DNA of 64,000 nucleotides from positions 224,001 to 288,000 of the forward strand of contig OZ250150.1 of the NCBI GenBank assembly GCA_965237675.1, in the 5' to 3' direction. The notes under the pieces are model-generated. The model saw nothing but the letters and a program-made list of their open reading frames with translations, was not told the origin of the DNA and searched no databases. The position numbers and the translations under genes were made by a program. This stretch comes from Candidatus Latescibacterota bacterium (GTDB lineage: Bacteria > Latescibacterota > UBA2968 > GCA-2709665). This document shows, piece by piece, positions 51,702-60,036 of the stretch; position 1 is the stretch's first letter; every line of letters starts with the position of its first letter.

Positions 51702-51732
51702 AGTATTCAACACGAGGTTCGCCTACATTATT

Positions 51733-52011
51733 CTATCGCTTGCAGCAGCAACAACTGCAACAGCTTTGGTGGTTGGACGGTTTCTTGTTGTCGTTCGATG
51801 TCACCTCAGCCACAGTCACACCGGTGGCAACGCCTGTTATATACGTGAGAACCTGCTTGCCAACTTCGATGGCAATTCGTACCCAATTGCCACCGAGTGT
51901 TTCTCCCATTTGTCTACGATCGAGCAATTCTTCGCGCCGATGCAAAGGGCTGCAGGTTACAACCATGTTACCAGCATCTGTCGCCATCGGATTGGCCAAA
52001 GCATGAGTCAT
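51733..52011 (-). CDS. Double-glycine-leader precursor peptide A4 (92 aa; 41-aa leader, 51-aa core ending SCCSCCCCKR)
   Basis: AGGAGG RBS; leader ...VVTCSPLHRREELLDRRQMGETLGG homologous to neighbouring leaders. Confidence 0.85.
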   Translation of the reverse strand: MTHALANPMATDAGNMVVTCSPLHRREELLDRRQMGETLGGNWVRIAIEVGKQVLTYITGVATGVTVAEVTSNDNKKPSNHQSCCSCCCCKR

Positions 52012-52476
52012 GAAGTCCTCCTGGAGAATTGATGGTATTAAACGATGTTCGACAATAGGGTGTGCAAACGATTGCAACAAGAGGGATTGGTTCCCTCAAA
52101 GTTAGGGGTTGTAAGGATTTCACTAAATATTCAACGACAAGTCACATCGCGCGCAGGTTCGATTCCATTTCCGGTCTGTCGAAGGCAGCCCATAGAAAAT
52201 CGCTCCGTCGTTAACTTAACCCGCTCGGCCATTTTAATACGCCCTTTCTCGACCGCTTCAGTGAGGCGCAAACAGGTTCCGTTCTACGATGTCCCACGAA
52301 CCTTCAGCAACTCGCTGAGATGTTGGTTTGCGGACGATTTTTCTCGGCTTCGGCAAGATATCAACACAGCGGACGTGAAGAACGAGCATGTTGAAAGTTC
52401 AGTTCGGAACGGCGGCTGTGGAGAACCCCGGAAGAACGGCTATGCAACAGACTACTTCCGCTGCTGGATTCAGCCT

Positions 52477-52683
52477 TCAACGAGGTCTGGCCAAGTGCTC
52501 GATAACTTCAGCGACAAGTCGTATGGCAAAACCCACGTATCGACCGAGTCGGTCATTTCCTGGAAAAACAAGCCCACCAGAGGCATGCATCATCTCACGA
52601 TGCGCCAGTTCCATCTCCCGGCCGGGGAGTTGGGCACAGGTCACGGAAACCTGGCCTCGTCTTGAGGGAAATCGATCGCTCAT
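52477..52683 (-). CDS. Double-glycine-leader precursor peptide A3 (68 aa; 37-aa leader, 31-aa core)
   Basis: AAAGGAGGTGA RBS; ...VTCAQLPGREMELAHREMMHASGG|LVFPGNDRLGRYVGFAIRLVAEVIEHLARPR. Confidence 0.85.
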   Translation of the reverse strand: MSDRFPSRRGQVSVTCAQLPGREMELAHREMMHASGGLVFPGNDRLGRYVGFAIRLVAEVIEHLARPR

Positions 52684-52846
52684 TTCATCACCTCCTTTCT
52701 TTGACATCGCAGCGATGCGCCGGGATGTCTTGTGGGCTTCGCCGCGAAATCAGGGAAGTCCGCGGTGAAAAGTTGAAGACTCAGTTCGAAATGTCGACAG
52801 GAGAGATCGCCAGGAAAAACGGCTTTCCGCCCGGTCAGCCCCAATA

Positions 52847-53050
52847 TCAGTTCCCGTCGTCGAAATAATCTACGATGGCCTCTGCAACTAACTTGGCGAC
52901 TGCTAGGATCACGATGCTTGGTCCAAAGGGTAAAACGAACCCTCCCGCCGCATTCTCCATCTCGCGGCGCGCCAGTCCAATTTCACGGCCAGGGAGTTGG
53001 GAACAGATCACGGCAGCCTGCGCTGGAGTCGATTGAATTAGATCCGTCAT
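52847..53050 (-). CDS. Double-glycine-leader precursor peptide A2 (67 aa; 37-aa leader, 30-aa core)
   Basis: AAGGAGGTGA RBS; ...VICSQLPGREIGLARREMENAAGG|FVLPFGPSIVILAVAKLVAEAIVDYFDDGN. Confidence 0.85.
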   Translation of the reverse strand: MTDLIQSTPAQAAVICSQLPGREIGLARREMENAAGGFVLPFGPSIVILAVAKLVAEAIVDYFDDGN

Positions 53051-53199
53051 TTCGTCACCTCCTTCCTCTTTGGGTCTCAGCGATACTCAGATGCATCCCT
53101 TAGCGCTAATTTGATGAGTCCATATACCTCTGCGCGAATGAATAGACGGACACATTTGGACCATCAAGGGCCACTTCTGGATGCGATATTGCTTGATGG

Positions 53200-53403
53200 C
53201 TACAGTACCGTAGACGGAACGTCGGGTTCAGGTAATTTCACGCCGAATAACTCAGCGATTAATCTTCGGAGGAGGCGCCCAAGCCCGGCGTCTCCACCGG
53301 AGATACGTGCGATCTGCCCGGCGGTCAAGTCTTCCGTCTGAATGGGTAACCGAGCCGGAATTCCGGACGAGTCCACAGGGCTTATTTCAATTCGTCTGGT
53401 CAT
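53200..53403 (-). CDS. Double-glycine-leader precursor peptide A1 (67 aa; 37-aa leader, 30-aa core)
   Basis: AAAGGAGGTGA RBS; ...RLPIQTEDLTAGQIARISGG|DAGLGRLLRRLIAELFGVKLPEPDVPSTVL. Confidence 0.82.
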   Translation of the reverse strand: MTRRIEISPVDSSGIPARLPIQTEDLTAGQIARISGGDAGLGRLLRRLIAELFGVKLPEPDVPSTVL

Positions 53404-53631
53404 TTCTTTCACCTCCTTTCGTCAACATCCCAGCGATATCCAATCAATCTCCATTTTCTCTGATCAGGTAGCCGGATGCACATCGCTGAAATGCCGTGAT
53501 GCCCGAAGCGTTTTGTATGCCTTTTTCTGATCGCGGCACACGCCCCATTGGGGCGGCTTCGGCTGTGAGTCAACGGAAACTTCGTGACAAGGGACGCGGT
53601 TGGTCCCTCAATCCGTCGACGCATTGGACTC

Positions 53632-53646
53632 GCAAGGATTGTGCCA
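53632..53646 (-). promoter_or_regulatory. sigma54 (-24/-12) promoter upstream of the precursor cassette
   Basis: TGGCAC-AATCC-TTGC on the minus strand, matching the TGGCAC-N5-TTGC consensus. Confidence 0.7.
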
Positions 53647-54004
53647 CTCCCAGTACCCCTGGGCATAACTGTCTGGCTTGCAAACGCGGATTTATTTTTG
53701 AACTGTTGGCAAGTAGCCGTGGCACGGCTGGTTCCTGAATAATGTGTTCCACTCTGCGTCATTCAGATGAAACTTTGTTGCATTTTGCGCGGCGCCGAAC
53801 GAACCCGGAAGCGTTGCAACAAAAAAAACACCGGTGACAAGAGCCACCGATGTTCGATCCAACAAGAAACTTCAGATGGGTAATTTCAGCCCGCGCTCGG
53901 CGGGCAAGCACGCGAAGGGTATTTGGTCAACAAGGCTGCTTTATTCGCGAATCAATCATCTTCCCCGCGCACAATGGCTTGTCGAGCCCTTGAGGAATCG
54001 TGAA

Positions 54005-54309
54005 GGTGGGGCAGACATTCCTGTCTGCCCTTCTCATTGTCCTTTTGCCGGAATGCAGACAGAAGAAAGGCTTGCGCCGCCACTATAGAACCAATACTCG
54101 GGATGGCGCTTGAGCCACAGCTTACGCGCTTCTTGGAAGGCACGGCGTTTGTCCCTGGGGGATCGCGTCAGCCAGGCGAAAGGTGATCCAATAGACAGCG
54201 CCGTCCTACTTCCAGTGGGGAAGACGGCGGCGAGTTTTGGCGTTCCCGGACACAGCATTCTGAGATTTCGGTTTGCTGTATATGAGCAGACAAGAATGCC
54301 TGCTCCACC
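54005..54309 (-). pseudogene. REP-associated tyrosine transposase (RAYT) relic flanked by inverted REP hairpins
   Basis: Minus frame reads TRRRLPHWK*DGAVYWITFRLADAIP (internal stop, then frameshift and truncation); REPs ggtggggcagacattcctgtctgccc (54005-54030) and an inverse copy (54284-54309). Confidence 0.75.
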
Positions 54310-54728
54310 TTTTCAAGCTTTTGTTCGAAGTATCGCTTGAGGGCATCAACCATCCGAGACAAACCGCCCTGTACTTGCTTCCGCCTCCCGAAACAGCAAG
54401 GCGCCATTGTCTCCTTTGCGCGTGCGGTGACGCAAAGGCAGACCGGTCGTCACCGTCAAATGCGAGCGGGAAACCGCTGGCATCCGCGAAGCGACGGCGC
54501 CTGGCTCTATCGTTCCGATAACGCCATCGAATGCCGCCGCTCGCTTTGACGTATTTCCACGAAAGACGTCCCGTTACAGTTGCCGAGGTTCCGAGATATC
54601 GTTAAACTTGGTAACGTCGTCGTTGAACGTTCCGCGGAACGCCAATGGGATGAGGATAACGAAGTGATAGGGCCCCGTAGCGTAAGCCGGGACCGCGTAA
54701 ATCCACCACCAGCAACCAATCGACATCT

Positions 54729-55172
54729 ATGCAACGATACGGAAAATTCCTGTCTCCGACATTCGTCAAATTCGTGCTGACCGGTCTCTCGGGAGTGTTC
54801 GTCAATCTCGGTTCGTTTCAGCTGTTGCTCAGTCTAGGCGTGCACGAATTGCTGGCGTCGCCGATTGCGATTGAACTGTCGATTATCTCGAATTTTCTGC
54901 TGAACAACTACTGGACCTTCAGCGACCGCGCGTTGTCCGGAAAGAAGCGCGTACGGGGTTTGAAATATCACCTCGTTACCCTGTTTACGCTTATGCTGAG
55001 CTATGGCACGTTCGTGTTGCTTTCCTTCCTTTTTCCCGCGGTACCACTCGTGATTTGGCAGGGCTGCGCGATTGCCCCGGCCGGTTTATTCAACTATTCC
55101 GTCAATTCCCTATGGACGTTTCGCGACGTGACCCTCGATCGGGCGGGAAACAGCGAGGACGGCGCCCAATGA
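54729..55172 (+). CDS. GtrA family protein
   Basis: KFVLTGLSGVFVNL, NFLLNNYWTF, FNYSVNSLWTF; four TM helices. Confidence 0.9.
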   Translation: MQRYGKFLSPTFVKFVLTGLSGVFVNLGSFQLLLSLGVHELLASPIAIELSIISNFLLNNYWTFSDRALSGKKRVRGLKYHLVTLFTLMLSYGTFVLLSFLFPAVPLVIWQGCAIAPAGLFNYSVNSLWTFRDVTLDRAGNSEDGAQ

Positions 55173-57250
55173 ATCGCGTGAATGCCATAAATAAAGGTTT
55201 TGAATCAATCCGCGATGGCACCGCTCTGGTTGCGTCCATTGTCGCGCCGCTCCTGCTTTACGTGCTGACGATGCCGCGCACCGTTGTTCTGGAAGACGAC
55301 GGGTTGTTTCTGATGGCAGGGGCGCACCTGGGCGTGGCCCATCCACCGGGATATCCGCTCTATACGCTCATTGTCTATCTCTTCACACAATTGCCCTTCG
55401 GCAGCGTCGCCTTCCTCGGCCATTTATCCAGTGCGGTACTGGGCGCGCTCGCGTGCGGTTGCGTTTATATTTGCGGCCGTCTGACAGGCGCCTCGTCGAT
55501 TCCGGCCCTGACCGCCGCGTGGCTGTTTGCCGCCTCCGAGCATTTCTGGTCTCAGGCCATTGTCACCGAGGTCTATACGCTCAATGCGCTGTTTTTCTTC
55601 GGACTCTACGTGCTGCTCTTGTTCGGCATCCGCCAGCCGCACCGAAACGGCATCTGGATTGCCGCGGCTGCGGCCTACGGATTGAGTCTCGCCAATCACC
55701 TGCCCCTGACAGTGCTGTCAACGCCGGGTTTGATCCTGCTGGTCTTTGCCGTTCGGCGCACAGTATATAGGAAACTCCCTCTGCTCCTGGCCATTCTCGT
55801 GTGCTGCGCGGCTTTTCCATATATCTGGATGATCTGGAGGTCGCACCATGAAATACTGATTAATTTCTACGGCCCTATCGATACAATTAAGGAAGTCTGG
55901 TTCTACGTCAGCCGGCAGGGGTACGTCGACGTCGATACCAGCCCCAGCGCGGGATGGGATGACCGGTTCAAGTTCATGCAGTGGCTTGGCAACGAGTCTT
56001 TGTGGCAATTGACGCTGCCGGGATTTGCCTTGTCGGTGTTCGGCCTGGTCGTTCTGTTTCGCAAGCGGCAGATCGCATTTGCGGCATCGGGATTGCTGGT
56101 CTTTTTGGGAAATAGTATTGTGTTGATCCTCCTGCTGCGCTTCGATTTCGACGATTTCCAGGTTGCGGTGTTTCGTCCCTATTCGCTGTCGTGTTACGCC
56201 ATCCAGGCAATATGGCTGGGCATTGGTCTTCACGTTGTCTATTCCTGGTTGGCAAGGAGCTTCTCCTCCAGGACGGTCCGGCAACCGAAAGTCAGAATCG
56301 GTGCGGCATCGCTGGCCGGCCTCGCGTTAGTCTGTTGGTCCGTGAATTCGCACTGGCGGGCAAACGACAGGGCCGATAGCGACTTTGCCGAGCGCTACAA
56401 TGAAATGGTGATGGACCTCGTGCCGGAAGATGGGGTCCTGTTCGTATTCGGAGATCCAACCGGCCACGTCGGCTACTATCGATACGTCGAAAACCGACGT
56501 CCGGACGTCACGCTGTACAATCTGCAGGGACTCGTATTTGGCACGCGCCTCTTCAGTCCGTTTATGTCCGCTGCGTCACGGAAAGAGACCCTGGAAAAAT
56601 TCGTCGACTCGACCGAACGCGCGCTCTTTTTTCCACTTGATGTCGATATCTATCCCGAACGTGAACAATGGATTTATGGCTTTCTTCTGCAGACCGCCAG
56701 AGGTGGCAAGCCGGGGACGATAAAGCTGAAGCGCCACCCACGCGGCGAGGAGTTCTTCGTACACCTCATCAACCGGCAGCCCATCGATCGCTGGGAGCGC
56801 GTCAGGCGCAACGAATTGCTGTTTCAATATGGGCAATACCTGGGATTGATCCATTTTACGGGCCACCCGCTACGCGATCAAGTACAGGACCTGCTCCAAC
56901 TCGCACATGGAACTTATGCAAGCCTCCTCGGCATGGCCACCGTCTTACTGGATAACGGAAACAGCTCAAACTGGGAGCAGGTCTCGGCATGGTTGGCCAG
57001 GGCGGAGACGCTGAAGCACGAAGCCCTGAAGAAGAAAACTCTCGCGGAGCTATACTACCTGAAAGGAAGGTTGCTACAGAAGCAGGATCAGACCAACGCG
57101 GCCATCGTGTCGTTCAGGAAGTCCCGAGATATATATCCCCATCCCCAGAACAAGGCGCTCGAAGCCCTCGACCAATACAGGATCGACTTCAAACGCGTCA
57201 ATCCGCCTGGTCCAAAGAGCTCCAAATCCGGCTTGCCCCTCCCCCGTTAA
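55169..57250 (+). CDS. DUF2723 (TMEM260-like GT-C glycosyltransferase) membrane protein with C-terminal TPR
   Basis: ATGA overlap with gtrA; EDDG.F, LGVAHPPGYPLY, FWSQA..TEVYTL, GLSLANH. Confidence 0.85.
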   Translation: MNRVNAINKGFESIRDGTALVASIVAPLLLYVLTMPRTVVLEDDGLFLMAGAHLGVAHPPGYPLYTLIVYLFTQLPFGSVAFLGHLSSAVLGALACGCVYICGRLTGASSIPALTAAWLFAASEHFWSQAIVTEVYTLNALFFFGLYVLLLFGIRQPHRNGIWIAAAAAYGLSLANHLPLTVLSTPGLILLVFAVRRTVYRKLPLLLAILVCCAAFPYIWMIWRSHHEILINFYGPIDTIKEVWFYVSRQGYVDVDTSPSAGWDDRFKFMQWLGNESLWQLTLPGFALSVFGLVVLFRKRQIAFAASGLLVFLGNSIVLILLLRFDFDDFQVAVFRPYSLSCYAIQAIWLGIGLHVVYSWLARSFSSRTVRQPKVRIGAASLAGLALVCWSVNSHWRANDRADSDFAERYNEMVMDLVPEDGVLFVFGDPTGHVGYYRYVENRRPDVTLYNLQGLVFGTRLFSPFMSAASRKETLEKFVDSTERALFFPLDVDIYPEREQWIYGFLLQTARGGKPGTIKLKRHPRGEEFFVHLINRQPIDRWERVRRNELLFQYGQYLGLIHFTGHPLRDQVQDLLQLAHGTYASLLGMATVLLDNGNSSNWEQVSAWLARAETLKHEALKKKTLAELYYLKGRLLQKQDQTNAAIVSFRKSRDIYPHPQNKALEALDQYRIDFKRVNPPGPKSSKSGLPLPR

Positions 57251-57569
57251 AAACCCGCTCTTGTTGCCCGTCCGACCCGCCAAACATACGCCGATAACAT
57301 ACCGGCACAATACGTAGAAGCATGGGAATTCAGCGAAGATCCCATGCCCGCATCGATGTGAAAGGAGACGCTTCTCTTCCTCAATAACCAGCAAGGATCC
57401 CCAAGTACGAAGGTGGCGGTTTCTCCGACTGCATCTGCTTGACATTGCTGGACATGGTGGGTATTTTCAAGAGGCAAGCGAAGAAAACCGCGACGCCATC
57501 GCTAATTTACTAGTTTAATCGTGCGCTCTTCGAGGGGTTGAAGCCAGTCAGGGCGTGGAGGTACATACA

Positions 57570-58022
57570 ATGAGAAATGTCGATATAGCCGTGTCCAGTA
57601 CGGATGAAAAACTCCAACTCGTCGTGGAAATCAAGAACAAACCAGGTGCGTCCGCCGAGTGGGTCACACTCATGCGGCGCAATTTGCTGGTGCATTCATT
57701 TTTGCCTTTGGCTCCATACTTCCTGCTTGTGCTCCCAGACTACCTCTATCTTTGGACGGAGGCCTCTACAGCAGATAATCTGGCAAAACCTGACTACAAA
57801 ATTGAGACCACCGAAATATTCGCACCCTATCTCAAATCCAACCAATCCCTTAATGATTTAAGTGGGTATGGGCTCGAATTGCTTACGATTTCGTGGCTGG
57901 AAGATTTACTTCATACAGACATGGGACGTGACTCGGTTGACAGAAATCTCCACTGGCTCTTTAACTCGGGGTTATATGAAGCAATTACAAACGGTTCACT
58001 TGAACTCGAAGCTACAACATGA
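57570..58022 (+). CDS. Hypothetical protein with PD-(D/E)xK-like motif
   Basis: GGAGG RBS; VDIAV...LVVEIK; ATGA overlap with the PIN gene. Confidence 0.65.
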   Translation: MRNVDIAVSSTDEKLQLVVEIKNKPGASAEWVTLMRRNLLVHSFLPLAPYFLLVLPDYLYLWTEASTADNLAKPDYKIETTEIFAPYLKSNQSLNDLSGYGLELLTISWLEDLLHTDMGRDSVDRNLHWLFNSGLYEAITNGSLELEATT

Positions 58023-58624
58023 TTGTGTATTTGGAGTCAAATTTCGTTCTTGAACTTGCTTTTCTTCAAGCCGAGCATGAAAATTGCTCGGCACTTTTGC
58101 GTCTATCGCAATTGGGGAAGATTCGCTTGGTATTACCCGCCTTCAGTATTGGTGAACCGTACGAAACGTGGGTGCGCCGCTCGAAGCGAAGACGAGAGAT
58201 TCACGAGGACCTTACATCGGCCATTCGAGAACTCTCTCGTTCAAGTCCTTACGAGGGGGCATCCGAACATTTCCACGAACTCACCAGCATATTGATCCGC
58301 AGTGGTGAAGAAGAGAAGCGCCGGCTGGATGAAACTCTGGAAAAAATCTTACAGACCGTTGAAGTCGTACCGGTAGGATTAAGTATTATCAGAGCCGCGA
58401 TAAATTACCAAAAGAAGCTTTACCTTTCGCCACAAGACTCGATAGTTTTTGCTTCGATTCTCGATCATCTGAATACAGCGTCCCCGGAGCCTTGCTGTTT
58501 CATCACCAAGAATTCCAAGGATTTCGCGAATCCTGATATTGAAAACGAATTGACCGTGAACAATTGCAAGCTGCTGACAAAATTCGCGGATGGCGTGGGG
58601 TATGTCGGAAGTCAGTTGGGGTAA
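58019..58624 (+). CDS. PIN-domain protein (DUF4935-like)
   Basis: IVYLESNFV, SIGE, LSPQDSIVFAS, FITKNSKDF. Confidence 0.8.
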   Translation: MIVYLESNFVLELAFLQAEHENCSALLRLSQLGKIRLVLPAFSIGEPYETWVRRSKRRREIHEDLTSAIRELSRSSPYEGASEHFHELTSILIRSGEEEKRRLDETLEKILQTVEVVPVGLSIIRAAINYQKKLYLSPQDSIVFASILDHLNTASPEPCCFITKNSKDFANPDIENELTVNNCKLLTKFADGVGYVGSQLG

Positions 58625-58683
58625 GTGAGGTCACAACACAGGACCGAAGGCCGATGTGATGCCGCGCGGTGAGGCTCCCCGCT

Positions 58684-59100
58684 TCACCCGTCGCGGATTG
58701 CATCCAACTCGGGCAGCAGCCGGACGCTCTCCTGCTCGTTTGGGTCGGTGCGGGCGATGACGACGGTGCAGGTTTCGGTCTCGCTCGGATTATAGGGAAG
58801 GTGGGGCACGCCGGGTGGGATGTAGACGAAATCGCCGCTGTTGACGCACATGTGCTCCTCCAGGTTGTCACCGTACCACATCCCGGATCTGCCGCTGATA
58901 ACGTAAACGGCGGTCTCGTGGCCTTCGTGCAGATGCGCCCTGGCGCGTTCGCCCGGAGGAATTTTCAGCAGGTGCATGCAGACCCCGCGCGAGCCGGTGT
59001 TCTCGGCCGCGACGCCGGTTCGATACGTAAAGGCCTGCTTGCCGGTGTAGACTGCCTGGGAGCGAATTAACTTGCACGCTTGAGTAGTTGGCGACGACAT
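58684..59100 (-). CDS. Cupin domain protein
   Basis: AHLHEGHETAVYV, GDFVYIPPGVPHLP. Confidence 0.9.
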   Translation of the reverse strand: MSSPTTQACKLIRSQAVYTGKQAFTYRTGVAAENTGSRGVCMHLLKIPPGERARAHLHEGHETAVYVISGRSGMWYGDNLEEHMCVNSGDFVYIPPGVPHLPYNPSETETCTVVIARTDPNEQESVRLLPELDAIRDG

Positions 59101-59169
59101 AGTTCCTCTCTTCCGGATTTGGCGACAAGGTCGAATCAATACACGGCGGGCCCCGCGTTATCGCGGGTT

Positions 59170-59943
59170 TCAGATCTTCACGACTCGACAACAGAAAACC
59201 GGCCAAAAAAACTCGAAATCGTCATCACCTGAACGACGTATCCCGAACTCACTTCTGACATCCTGAGATGCGGCAGCGAAATCCCGATACAATCCCTCCG
59301 AGGCCGCCTCAGGTGTACCCGACCTGTTGACCCAATCCCAGAACGTCATGTCCACCTGCGTCGCGGCAGTATGGGTTATTTCAAAACCGGTGTCTGTCAC
59401 GTGCCTGCGCCACTCAGACGGTGTTGGCGCCGTTGCGTGCGAGGGATCCCGCGCCACTTCCACACGATGATGCCACGTAGCGACGGCGGCGTCCTCCGAT
59501 GTGGTCGTATCGCACAGCAGAAAGACGCCCCCGGGCCTCAACACCCGGTGGACTTCTGAAAGAAACTTCCCGATGTCCCGAAAATGGTGCGGTGCGGTCC
59601 GACAGGTGACCAGGTCAATGGATGCGTCCGGGTACGGAATATCGCTTGCATCGATCCTTTCGAAACGGACGTTTGCAATGCCTCGCCTGGCGGCGATTTT
59701 GCGGGCCTGGTCCAGCATGCCTTGCGCGATGTCAGAAGCCACGATTGTGTCGCAGAACCCGGCAACAGCGAACGCCGTAAAGCCGGGACCGGTGGCAATA
59801 TCCAGACCCAACGGGTAGCGTTCGAGGGATGCCCACTCCGTGAGGATGCGCAAACTCTCTCCAGACGAGTGCGCCTCGCTCACCGCGTATTTCGCCGCCT
59901 GGCGGTCGAACTGCTCCCCGGCCTCGGTCGATGTCATGTTCAA
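59170..59943 (-). CDS. Class I SAM-dependent methyltransferase
   Basis: LDIATGPG, PYPDASIDLV.CR.APHHF, RVLRPGG. Confidence 0.9.
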   Translation of the reverse strand: MNMTSTEAGEQFDRQAAKYAVSEAHSSGESLRILTEWASLERYPLGLDIATGPGFTAFAVAGFCDTIVASDIAQGMLDQARKIAARRGIANVRFERIDASDIPYPDASIDLVTCRTAPHHFRDIGKFLSEVHRVLRPGGVFLLCDTTTSEDAAVATWHHRVEVARDPSHATAPTPSEWRRHVTDTGFEITHTAATQVDMTFWDWVNRSGTPEAASEGLYRDFAAASQDVRSEFGIRRSGDDDFEFFWPVFCCRVVKI

Positions 59944-60036
59944 ATTTGTACCTTCATCGTGAAATCAAACGTCCGATCGATGGACACAGTTGCCACGGCT
60001 CATACGACGCTTCAAAATGCGTTGGCAGCCGACGCC

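Noticed and set aside
52060-52080. Second sigma54 promoter before A4 (TTGCAATCGTTTGC)
   Set aside because: It lacks the invariant GG at -24.
52152-52166. GGTTCGATTCC, a tRNA T-loop-like sequence
   Set aside because: The T-stem does not close and there is no cloverleaf around it.
52045-52665. 206-aa plus-strand ORF and other plus-strand ORFs across the precursor cassette
   Set aside because: No recognisable motif or RBS; it overlaps an RBS-supported minus-strand precursor (A3) antisense.
51733-53403. Assignment as lanthipeptide, TOMM or proteusin precursors
   Set aside because: No LanM/LanB, YcaO or rSAM gene in the locus; the leaders are shorter than and unlike Nif11/NHLP leaders; three cores lack Cys.
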